Part shown: positions 56,330-64,000 of the stretch, one piece after another | How the letters are laid out: each line of letters opens with the position of its first letter | Position numbering within the stretch: position 1 is the first letter of the stretch | Source: an uncultured Gammaproteobacteria bacterium | Lineage (GTDB): Bacteria > Patescibacteriota > Patescibacteriia > Patescibacteriales > UBA12465 | Reading direction: 5' to 3' | Length of the DNA stretch: 64,000 nt | Assembly: GCA_964608425.1 (NCBI GenBank) | Contig: CAZSNN010000001.1 | Span: 1,073 to 65,072, forward strand | Notes under the pieces: model-generated | What the model was told of the DNA's origin: nothing | The model's database searches: none | What the model saw: only the letters and a program-made list of their open reading frames with translations | Program-made: the position numbers and the translations under genes

Positions 56330-57373
56330 CTAGGCGCTCAAAATTGAAGTAATTTTTTTTAATAAATCTTCATTAGAAAATAAACTACCAGAACCACGAA
56401 CCATAGCAGAAAGAGGGTCGTCTACTACCACCACTGGAATTTTAGTAGCTTTAGAAATCAATTTATCTAAACCATAAAGCAAAGCTCCGCCGCCACTTAA
56501 ATAAAGTCCATGCTCATAAATATCAGCTACTAATTCGGGGGGGGTCTCCTCTAGGGTCAATTTAATATTTTCAACTATTTTAATAATTGTTTTTTTAATA
56601 GCATCTCTAACCTGAGAGTCAGTAATAGTAATAGCAGTTGGCAGGCCGTTAATCAAATCTCTTCCTCGGATTTCCATAGATCTATCTTCGTCAAAAGGAA
56701 TAACCGAAGCTAAATTTATTTTTATTTTTTCAGCTAATTGTTCCCCAATTAAAACATTAAAATTATCTCTAACATAATCTGTGATATTATTGTCTAATTC
56801 GTTTCCAGCTAAACGTAAAGATTTCCAAGAAACTACACCCGACAAGGAAATCACAGCAATATCAGTAGTTCCTCCACCAATATCAACAATCATGTTAGCT
56901 CGAGGACTATCCACTGGAAGATCAGCTCCTAAAGCTGCAGCCATAACTTCTTCTATTAAATAAACCTTTCTGGCTCCAGCTGATTTAGCCGCGTCTTCAA
57001 CAGCCTTCTTTTCTACTTCAGTGATATCCAATGGAATCCCAATAATAACTCGGGGACGTGGTAAAAAAGAAAAACCCTCTCCATGAACTTTATTAATAAA
57101 ATGCTTTAACATTTTTTCAGTAATCTCAAAATCAGAAATTACCCCATCAACCAAAGGTTTAACAGCCTGAATATGGGCTGGTGTTTTACCAACCATTTTT
57201 TTAGCCTCATGGCCAATTTCCAAAATTTCAGTAGTTTTAGTATTAATAGCTACAACACTAGGTTCATTAATAATAATTCCCTTCTTATCAACATAAACTA
57301 AAGTATTTTTAGTTCCCAAATCAATAGCAATATCGTATCCCAAACTAGTAAATTTTTTTAAAAAATTAAACAT
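56330..57373 (-). CDS. mreB: Rod shape-determining protein MreB (paralogue 2, in mreBCD operon)
   Basis: IDLGTKNTLVY, IVDIGGGTTDIAVISLSG and LSGGGALLYGLD actin-fold motifs; 347 aa. Confidence 0.85.
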   Translation of the reverse strand: MFNFLKKFTSLGYDIAIDLGTKNTLVYVDKKGIIINEPSVVAINTKTTEILEIGHEAKKMVGKTPAHIQAVKPLVDGVISDFEITEKMLKHFINKVHGEGFSFLPRPRVIIGIPLDITEVEKKAVEDAAKSAGARKVYLIEEVMAAALGADLPVDSPRANMIVDIGGGTTDIAVISLSGVVSWKSLRLAGNELDNNITDYVRDNFNVLIGEQLAEKIKINLASVIPFDEDRSMEIRGRDLINGLPTAITITDSQVRDAIKKTIIKIVENIKLTLEETPPELVADIYEHGLYLSGGGALLYGLDKLISKATKIPVVVVDDPLSAMVRGSGSLFSNEDLLKKITSILSA

Positions 57374-57374
57374 A

Positions 57375-58613
57375 TTATAATTTATTTTTTAAATAAGTTA
57401 TTAGATCTTTTATTTCCACCATTTTAACATCATCTTCTTTTCTCAATTTAATTTCGATCTTATTATCAGATAAAGTTTTAGCGCTTAAAACCAATCTAAC
57501 AGGACAACCAATTAGATCAGCATCAGCAAATTTTTCTCCAGCTGAAAGTTCATCACGATCATCATATAAAACATCAAAACCAGCCAAAATTAATTCCTGA
57601 TAAATTTTTTCAGCTTCATCATTTTGTTTTAAAGATATTAAATGAATAAAGAAAGGAGCTATATCTTCTGGCCAAACAATACCCCTGTCATCATGATAGA
57701 CCTCCACGATAGTTCCTAGTATTCTGCTAGGACCCATACCATAACAACCCATGACAATATCGCCAATATCGCCAGATTGATTCTTGTACTGAAAACCAAA
57801 AGGCTTAGAAAACTTAGTTCCTAATTTAAAAATATTTCCCACCTCGATAGCCTTTTCTTCTTTAAAATCATGACCGCCACATTCAGGGCAATCTTTTTGT
57901 TCTTCTATTATTTCTCGATTAATAGCAGTTTTACATTTCTGACAAACATAAATAAGGTCCTCTCCAGCTGAACAAACGGTTTGAAATTCATGAGAATATT
58001 TAGAAAAAGCCCCTCCGGAAGAATAGGTTAAATGAGTAATTTCTCCTAAACCCAATCTTTTATAGATATTAAAATAGGTTTGTTTAACTTTTTCATAATA
58101 AATATCTAGATCTTCCTGAGATACATGAAAGGAATATAAATCTTTCATAGAAAATTCTCGGCCTCGAAGCAGTCCAGCTTTAGCTCTTTTTTCATTACGA
58201 AATTTAGTTTGAATTTGATAAATAGCAAAAGGCAAATCTCGATAAGACAAAGTAAATTTTTGAGCCAGTGGAGTAACAATCTCTTCATGAGTAGCTCCCA
58301 TAGCATATTCTTTATCATCTGAACCAGCCAGTTTAAATAAAGCATCAAAATTCTCCCAACGATCAGTTGTTTGCCAAACTTCCTTAGGAGTAAGAGCGGG
58401 CATCAAAACTTCTTGCCCACCGACAGCGTTAATTTCCTCTCTAATAATGTTATTTATTTTATTTAAAACTTTTAATCCTAAAGGCAAAAAAGTATAAATT
58501 CCAGCTCCAACCTTATCAATAAAACCAGCCCTCATTAAAGTTTGAGCATTATATGAGGTTTCATCCTTAGGTAATTCTTTAATTGTTTTAGTAAATAGAA
58601 ATGATTGTTTCAT
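57375..58613 (-). CDS. proS: Prolyl-tRNA synthetase, bacterial-like but lacking INS editing domain (zinc-ribbon insert instead)
   Basis: Aligns to E. coli ProRS through motif 1/2 (GATHEE, YQIQTKFRNEKRAKAGLLRGREFSMKDLYSFH); only 412 aa; CQKCK...CPECGG between motifs 2 and 3. Confidence 0.8.
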   Translation of the reverse strand: MKQSFLFTKTIKELPKDETSYNAQTLMRAGFIDKVGAGIYTFLPLGLKVLNKINNIIREEINAVGGQEVLMPALTPKEVWQTTDRWENFDALFKLAGSDDKEYAMGATHEEIVTPLAQKFTLSYRDLPFAIYQIQTKFRNEKRAKAGLLRGREFSMKDLYSFHVSQEDLDIYYEKVKQTYFNIYKRLGLGEITHLTYSSGGAFSKYSHEFQTVCSAGEDLIYVCQKCKTAINREIIEEQKDCPECGGHDFKEEKAIEVGNIFKLGTKFSKPFGFQYKNQSGDIGDIVMGCYGMGPSRILGTIVEVYHDDRGIVWPEDIAPFFIHLISLKQNDEAEKIYQELILAGFDVLYDDRDELSAGEKFADADLIGCPVRLVLSAKTLSDNKIEIKLRKEDDVKMVEIKDLITYLKNKL

Positions 58614-58684
58614 ATGTGTTTTTCAACAAAAAAATTTGTTTTTATTATCCAAAAACAAGAAAACTTAATATTATTACTATAACT

Positions 58685-58717
58685 AAAAAAAATGCTTTTG
58701 TAAATACTAAGCATTTT
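58685..58717 (-). terminator. Terminator after ruvA
   Basis: AAAATGCTT-(11-nt loop)-AAGCATTTT hairpin with a T-run on the minus strand immediately 3' of it. Confidence 0.35.
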
Positions 58718-58740
58718 AAAAAATAATAAAAAAAATATGA

Positions 58741-59313
58741 TTATTTGGCTAATTTTTTCAAAGCCTCTTTTATGCGTTGACCACTATCTAAAATATCATT
58801 ATCAACCTGCTTTAAAGCCTCTCGAGCTTCAAATATTGAATACCCTAGGGCCATCAAAGCATCAATTTCATCCCCAAAAAATCCAGCCTCCGACAAATCA
58901 TAATCTCCACCCATTTTAAGTAATTTATCTTTTAACTCTAAAACTACTCTTTCGGCCGTTTTTTTACCAATACCAGAGACCTTAGTTAAAAGGTGAGAGT
59001 CTCCCCGAACAATAGACTCCTTAATATCATCTAAATTAGCTATAGCCAGAACAGATAAAGCTGACTTCGGACCAACTCCAGAGATGGAAATAAGCAATTT
59101 AAAGAATTCTAATTCAGCTAAACTTTTAAAACCATATAAATCTAAAGCATCTTCTTTAACATGTTGATGAGTAAAAATCTCTATCATCTGGCCAACCTTT
59201 AATTCATTTAAAAAATTATCACTAACAAAAATAGTATAACCAACGTTATTCACTTCAAAAACAATATTATTTTTTAGCTTATAAATAATTTTCCCTTTTA
59301 GATATGAAATCAT
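58741..59313 (-). CDS. ruvA: Holliday junction DNA helicase RuvA
   Basis: MISYLKGKI...VNNVGY OB-fold start, ISGVGPKSALSVLA HhH motifs, C-terminal domain III. Confidence 0.85.
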   Translation of the reverse strand: MISYLKGKIIYKLKNNIVFEVNNVGYTIFVSDNFLNELKVGQMIEIFTHQHVKEDALDLYGFKSLAELEFFKLLISISGVGPKSALSVLAIANLDDIKESIVRGDSHLLTKVSGIGKKTAERVVLELKDKLLKMGGDYDLSEAGFFGDEIDALMALGYSIFEAREALKQVDNDILDSGQRIKEALKKLAK

Positions 59314-59317
59314 ATTT

Positions 59318-60550
59318 TTATAATTTTCTTCTTAAAACGGAGAGTTCTGGAATTTTAATTTTATTATTAACCTCTAATATTATTTCCTGACCTCCCCCGC
59401 CACCATGAGCCTCTAAAATAGTTTTTTCAGTTTTGGCATCAAACATCTCTTTTAAATCTAATTTTATTATACCATATTTTGGCAAAATTATCTCAATCTC
59501 ATCTCCAGCTTTAATGGTATTATGAACCTTAATTTTAATAATATTAATATCTTTATTACCAATCTTTCTATTCTTAGTCTCAATAACCTGACCACAAAAC
59601 TCCCAGTCTGATAAAAAATGGGAATTGGCAGTATTCTGTTCCCCCTTTTTATTTAATAGAAAACCAGTAGTATAGCCTCGATGGGTTATTTTGTTTATCA
59701 ATTCTTTGTATAGAAAATTAATCTTTTTTGGCTCTAGTAAAGCCTTTTTATACATGCCCACTATATTAGCTAGATAATAAACACTTTTGGCTCGACCTTC
59801 GATCTTAAAACTAGTTATCCCGGCCTTTATTAGCTCTGGAATACTTTTTATTAAACATAAATCTTTAGAATTTAATAAATAAGAACCATGTTTTTCTGAC
59901 ACCAGTTCCAACTCTTCTTCATGCCCCTTGGCTCTAATAAAAACATCATACTCCCAACGACAAGGCTGAACACAATCCCCTAAATTAGCACTACGGCCAA
60001 CAAAATCCTTCGACAAAAAGCAACGACCCGAGTAGGCCATGCACATCGCTCCATGAACAAAATATTCCAATTCTATTTTAGGGCATTTTTGATGAATTTT
60101 CTTTATCTCTTCTAGAGTAGTTTCTCGACCCAAGATTATCCTTTTGACCCCCTGTTTCTGCCAAAATTTAACAGCTTCATAATTTGTACAATTAGCCTGG
60201 GTAGATAAATGAATATCAATCTTAGGACAATGTTTTTTCACCAAAGATAATATTCCCGGATCAGAAATTATGAGACCATCGGGCGATAATTTATTTAATA
60301 ATTTTAGATATTTTGGCAATTTATCAATATGATGATTGTGAGCAAAAATATTAACCGTAACATAAACTTTCTTTTTCTGATTATGAGCATACTCAATAGC
60401 TTGAGACAGAGATTTTAAATTAAAATCATTAATCCTGACTCGCAAAGAAAAGTCAGGGATACCCAAATAAATAGCATCAGCCCCGTGAGCCAAAGCTGTT
60501 TTCATTTTTAAAAAATTTCCGGCTGGAGCCAATAATTCTATTTTTTTCAT
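59318..60550 (-). CDS. Peptidase U32 family protein (YhbU/PrtC-like)
   Basis: MKKIELLAPAGNF...GADAIYLG...LRVR and the conserved Cys-rich ExxxxC...C region. Start set at MKKIEL, the track ORF extending to 60592. Confidence 0.75.
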   Translation of the reverse strand: MKKIELLAPAGNFLKMKTALAHGADAIYLGIPDFSLRVRINDFNLKSLSQAIEYAHNQKKKVYVTVNIFAHNHHIDKLPKYLKLLNKLSPDGLIISDPGILSLVKKHCPKIDIHLSTQANCTNYEAVKFWQKQGVKRIILGRETTLEEIKKIHQKCPKIELEYFVHGAMCMAYSGRCFLSKDFVGRSANLGDCVQPCRWEYDVFIRAKGHEEELELVSEKHGSYLLNSKDLCLIKSIPELIKAGITSFKIEGRAKSVYYLANIVGMYKKALLEPKKINFLYKELINKITHRGYTTGFLLNKKGEQNTANSHFLSDWEFCGQVIETKNRKIGNKDINIIKIKVHNTIKAGDEIEIILPKYGIIKLDLKEMFDAKTEKTILEAHGGGGGQEIILEVNNKIKIPELSVLRRKL

Positions 60551-60560
60551 TATTAATAAA

Positions 60561-61610
60561 TTATTTTTTATAAATAATTTCCAAATTATCAAAATAATTA
60601 CGATGACTAAAGTATTGGTCAGTTCTCTTAATAATTTTATTCATATTGTGAACAGTTTCAATAGGATAATTTCCCACAGCAGTCTCATCTGATAACATCA
60701 GAGCATCAGCTCCATCAAAAATAGCATTAGCTACATCACTAACCTCAGCTCTAGTTGGTCGATAATGATCAATCATGGAAGTCATCATCTGAGTGGCCAC
60801 AATAGCAGGTTTATCATGCCAGTGAGCATGTCTAATTAAATTTTTTTGAACTATCGGAAGATCTTCCATTGGAATTTCAATTCCTAAATCACCACGAGCA
60901 ATCATAATACAATCAGAATTTCTAATAATCCCATCGATATTTTCTAAAGAAACCCCTCTCTCAATTTTTGAAATAATTTTAATATTATCATCTCCAATAG
61001 CTTGTCTCACCTTAATAATATCTTCGGGAGTTTGCACGAAAGAAGCTGCCACAAAATCTGGTTTAACTTTTTTGGCAAATTCTATATCCAACAAGTCCTT
61101 GGCTGTCAAAATATCTCGATTTAAAATAGTTCTAGGAACATTAACCCCCTTACGAGATAATAATAATCCCCCTCTTTCAGCCTTGGCTATAAACTTATTT
61201 TCCAATAAATTTATTTCTATCACTCTAAGCTCTATCATTCCGCTATCTAAATAAATAGGATCATCAATTTTTAAATCATTAATCAACTCCAAATCATCAA
61301 TTGGAATTTCCAAGTTATCGACGTTTCCCCGATCATACATAAAAGTATAAATTTCTCCTTCAATAACCTCAATTTCATGTTTTAATTTTCCAACCCTAAT
61401 CCTAGGTCCTTGTAGATCAAATAATATTTTAATTTTAATATTTAATTCTTCATTTATTTTATCAATATTTTCTTTTATCTTATAATATTGATCATAATTA
61501 GCATGAGAAAAATTCATTCTAATTAAATCCATTCCACTAAGAGCCATAGATTTTAAAGAATTATAATCCTCCGACTTTGGTCCAATAGTTGCAATTATTT
61601 TAGCATTCAT
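60561..61610 (-). CDS. pyk: Pyruvate kinase (catalytic core, no C-terminal allosteric domain)
   Basis: KIIATIGPKS...MNFSH..., MIARGDLGIEIP and MLSDETAVGNYP motifs; 349 aa. Confidence 0.8.
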   Translation of the reverse strand: MNAKIIATIGPKSEDYNSLKSMALSGMDLIRMNFSHANYDQYYKIKENIDKINEELNIKIKILFDLQGPRIRVGKLKHEIEVIEGEIYTFMYDRGNVDNLEIPIDDLELINDLKIDDPIYLDSGMIELRVIEINLLENKFIAKAERGGLLLSRKGVNVPRTILNRDILTAKDLLDIEFAKKVKPDFVAASFVQTPEDIIKVRQAIGDDNIKIISKIERGVSLENIDGIIRNSDCIMIARGDLGIEIPMEDLPIVQKNLIRHAHWHDKPAIVATQMMTSMIDHYRPTRAEVSDVANAIFDGADALMLSDETAVGNYPIETVHNMNKIIKRTDQYFSHRNYFDNLEIIYKK

Positions 61611-61673
61611 TTTTTTATTACCTATTCAGTCTCGGCTCAAGGCCACAAACCAGAAAGGTCTTATTAATTTTTA

Positions 61674-62582
61674 TTATAATATATTCATTCCTTTTAAAGC
61701 CTTAACTCGATCCTCAATTGGCGGATGAGTCATAAAAGCCTTGGCCCATAAACTTTTTTTATTTTTTTGTTTTATTGGTTCTGAAATATATAGATGAGCT
61801 GTAGCCCGATTAGCCCTTTCCATGTCATTAGGGTCAGAAGATATTTTCTCTAAAGCCCTAGCCAAACCCTCGGGGTACCTAGTTGTCAATGCTCCGTCAG
61901 CATCAGCCAAAAACTCTCTCTTACGAGAAATAGCAAATTGCATGATATAAGCAAAAATTGGGGCCAAAATAGAAAAAACAATAGCTATTATTATTATAAT
62001 TAATTGTAATTGCCCCTTATTTTCATTATTACGAGATCTGCCTCCAGAATAAAAAGCCCATCTTCTAAACCAATCAGCCAAAAGAACTATCATACCAACC
62101 ATAACAGTAGTCAATGTCGCAATCAAAATATCATAATTCTTTATATGGGACAATTCATGGGCAATCACTCCCTCTAATTCACTCTTTTCTAATTTATTTA
62201 AAAGTCCGGTGGTTACAGCTATAACGGCATTTTTAGGATTTCTTCCAGTAGCAAAAGCGTTAGGAGAAATGTCGTTAATAATATAAATTTTAGGAGTTGG
62301 AAGACCAACTGAAATACATAAATTTTCCACTAATCGATACAATTCTTTATTATCTTCAAACTTAAGTTGATGAGCTCCACTCATTGATAAAACAATTTTA
62401 TCGCTAAACCAATAAGAGATAAAAGAAGAAATAATGCTTATAAAAACTACGACATACAAGATCATAGAATCTTCCATGGCTACACTAAAAACATACCCCA
62501 CCAACATGGCAAAAATTAAAAAACCAGTAAACAAAAACCAGGTCTTTCTTTTATTGGAATCACTATGATTATATAATGTCAT
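61674..62582 (-). CDS. htpX: Zinc metalloprotease HtpX (M48)
   Basis: Four TM segments and the HELSH zinc motif (IAHELSHIKNYD); 302 aa. Confidence 0.8.
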   Translation of the reverse strand: MTLYNHSDSNKRKTWFLFTGFLIFAMLVGYVFSVAMEDSMILYVVVFISIISSFISYWFSDKIVLSMSGAHQLKFEDNKELYRLVENLCISVGLPTPKIYIINDISPNAFATGRNPKNAVIAVTTGLLNKLEKSELEGVIAHELSHIKNYDILIATLTTVMVGMIVLLADWFRRWAFYSGGRSRNNENKGQLQLIIIIIAIVFSILAPIFAYIMQFAISRKREFLADADGALTTRYPEGLARALEKISSDPNDMERANRATAHLYISEPIKQKNKKSLWAKAFMTHPPIEDRVKALKGMNIL

Positions 62583-62641
62583 ATTTTAGATAATAAATTA
62601 CCCTGATAAAAATCAAGGTAATTTCATTTTAAATATTTAAA

Positions 62642-62749
62642 TTATTTAAAAAATTTATTGTAAACAATTATTACAATTATACCGGCTACCGCTAGAATAG
62701 CTAAGGTAGAACCGATAGGAAAGGAATTTCCACTTGAAAGATAATCCAT
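62642..62749 (-). CDS. Possible 35-aa single-TM micropeptide
   Basis: Manual translation gives MDYLSSGNSFPIGSTLAILAVAGIIVIIVYNKFFK between htpX and lemA; no Shine-Dalgarno sequence; may not be expressed. Confidence 0.2.
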   Translation of the reverse strand: MDYLSSGNSFPIGSTLAILAVAGIIVIIVYNKFFK

Positions 62750-62760
62750 AGAACAATAAA

Positions 62761-63327
62761 TTAAAATTTAACCTCAACGTTTTCTCTTTGAGAAGCCTCT
62801 TCTATTTCAAAAAAATTTCGAGAAGCGAAGCCTAATTGTTTGGCGATGATATTGGTCGGGAAAACTTGTAATTTAGTATTAAAATCTCTAACGTTGCCGT
62901 TATAAAAACGACGAGAAGCTTGAATCTTGTTTTCAGTGTCAGACAACTCTCTCTGTAATTCTAAGAAGTTTTGATTAGCTTTTAAATCTGGGTAGTTTTC
63001 ACTTAAAGCAAAAATTGATTTAAGCGTAGAGGACAAAGCATTTTCAGCTTTTAATTTTCCCTCAACATCGGAGCTATTTTGCATTGACATAGCTGAATTT
63101 CTAGCTTGAACAACATTCTCCAAAGTTTCTTTTTCATGAGAAGCATATCCTTTAACTGTTTCTATTAAATTTGGAATCAAATCATAACGTCTCTTCAATT
63201 GAACGTCAATATCACTCCAAGCTTCATCAACTCTATTTTTTAAACGAATTAATCCATTATACATGGAAATAATAGCAATAATTAAAACAAACAAAATTGC
63301 TAAAACTATCCAAAGAGCAGTAGACAT
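62761..63327 (-). CDS. lemA: LemA family protein
   Basis: N-terminal TM followed by the YNGLIRLKN...DIDVQLKRRYDLIPNL LemA signature; 188 aa. Confidence 0.8.
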   Translation of the reverse strand: MSTALWIVLAILFVLIIAIISMYNGLIRLKNRVDEAWSDIDVQLKRRYDLIPNLIETVKGYASHEKETLENVVQARNSAMSMQNSSDVEGKLKAENALSSTLKSIFALSENYPDLKANQNFLELQRELSDTENKIQASRRFYNGNVRDFNTKLQVFPTNIIAKQLGFASRNFFEIEEASQRENVEVKF

Positions 63328-63402
63328 AAATATTTTTTATTAATTATAAGTAAAAATATTATAACAAAAATAGACTAAAAAAACAAGACTAAAATTATTA
63401 TA

Positions 63403-64000
63403 TTATAAATTTTTTATTATTCTAACTAGTTTAATAACTTTGTTTTCCACCTTTTCAATAATACATTCGTATTCCTTAATTTTAATTTTCATCCCCTCCT
63501 TAGGAATTTTTTTAATCTGAGTTAAGATTATATCAGCCATAGTATCCAAACCATCTTCCGAAATATTGATATTGAGAAATCTATTAATATCTCGAGCCTC
63601 AGTAATTCCAGAAACTATAATTTCATTTTTACCGACTCTTTTAATCAAAGTATCATCAACATCGTGCTCATCAATTATTTCTCCAACTAACTCCTCAATA
63701 ATATCCTCTAGAGTAACGATTCCATCTGTTCCTCCATACTCATCCAAAACAACAGCAATATGTATTTTTCTTTTTTGAAATTCTTTTAAAATATTATTAA
63801 TAATCATCTGCTTGGGAACAAAGACTATTGGACGAATTAAAGCCGAAATATTTTCTTTTTCTCTCCCCTGTCTAAAAGCTAATAAAATATCTTGAGCATG
63901 AACAAAACCTTTAACCTTGTCGGGGTTATCCTCAACTACTAAACATCTAGTAATTCCATGCTCTTCTATTTTCTCAGCACATTCTTCTATAAGGGAATCA
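63403..64000 (-). CDS. CBS-pair + CorC_HlyC transporter-associated domain protein (CNNM/CorC family), 5' end beyond window
   Basis: C-terminal CorC_HlyC domain (IKIKEYECIIEKVENKVIKLVRI) preceded by CBS motifs. The reading frame stays open upstream of the annotated Met through to the window edge (...ITRCLVVEDNPDKVKGFVHAQDIL...). Confidence 0.7.
   Translation of the reverse strand, partial: DSLIEECAEKIEEHGITRCLVVEDNPDKVKGFVHAQDILLAFRQGREKENISALIRPIVFVPKQMIINNILKEFQKRKIHIAVVLDEYGGTDGIVTLEDIIEELVGEIIDEHDVDDTLIKRVGKNEIIVSGITEARDINRFLNINISEDGLDTMADIILTQIKKIPKEGMKIKIKEYECIIEKVENKVIKLVRIIKNL

Noticed and set aside
61611-61673. Moderately GC-richer intergenic stretch (CCTATTCAGTCTCGGCTCAAGGCCACAAACCAGAAAGGTC), considered as a possible sRNA or tRNA fragment
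   Set aside because: No cloverleaf-compatible pairing, T-loop (GTTCRA) or stable stem was found. It is probably just the pyk 5' UTR / htpX 3' region.
1-64000. Possibility of an alternative genetic code (UGA recoding, as in some CPR lineages)
   Set aside because: All housekeeping genes (tsf, rpsB, cysS, prfA, murC, hisS and others) are full-length in the standard-code ORF track with no in-frame UGA splits, so code 11 is assumed.

Overview
This is an AT-rich, gene-dense bacterial chromosomal segment with about 66 protein-coding genes, roughly 80% of them on the minus strand. It uses the standard genetic code: all housekeeping genes read through intact, and no stop-codon reassignment is needed. 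The gene content and architecture suggest a reduced-genome, CPR/Parcubacteria-like organism. Supporting signs are Lys-rich tails on ribosomal proteins, and an RpoA without the alpha-CTD, an AlaRS without the C-Ala domain and a pyruvate kinase without its C-terminal domain.

Recognisable blocks:
- 28-6498: yaaT/ricT-like gene, tsf, rpsB, a lipoprotein gene, dus, cysS, tgt.
- 6507-16045: two large membrane-anchored surface proteins, GT1, a membrane protein, a sigma70-region4/HARE-HTH regulator, GT2.
- 16103-20438: ribosomal/RNAP cluster rpsI-rplM-rplQ-rpoA-rpsD-rpsK-rpsM-rpmJ-infA.
- 20536-30143: alaS, then a partial dcw cluster murB-murC-[plus-strand nucleotidyltransferase]-murG-ftsW-mraY.
- 30241-37965: a glycosylation locus (GT2, a DUF2304-like protein, a hypothetical gene with an anomalous tail, SAM-MTase, a GT-C-like membrane protein, 2x GT1, and 2 hypothetical genes).
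- 37999-42456: hisS and rmlA-rmlD-rmlB-rmlC.
- 42621-44923: rpmE-prfA-prmC.
- 44926-57373: DUF3048 protein, GT1, mreB, a MacAB/HlyD-like ABC efflux set, an orphan receiver, a PfkB kinase and mreD-mreC-mreB.
- 57375-64000: proS, ruvA, U32 peptidase, pyk, htpX, lemA and a partial CorC/HlyC gene.

No rRNA, tRNA, CRISPR array, transposase or integrase was recognised.

Most notable:
1. A roughly 130-bp GC-rich stretch at the 3' end of a hypothetical gene (31350-31480). It is strongly strand-biased: A-depleted on the coding strand and T-depleted on the plus strand, with atypical codons. It resembles a hypermutated or foreign segment such as a DGR variable region, but no RT or template repeat is in the window.
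2. A Pol-beta-type nucleotidyltransferase gene on the opposite strand inside the murC-murG block, driven by a perfect TTGACA-17bp-TGnTATAAT promoter.
3. An unusual regulator joining sigma70 region 4 to a HARE-HTH domain.
4. A GT2 + DUF2304 + GT-C lipid-linked glycosylation triad next to the rml operon.
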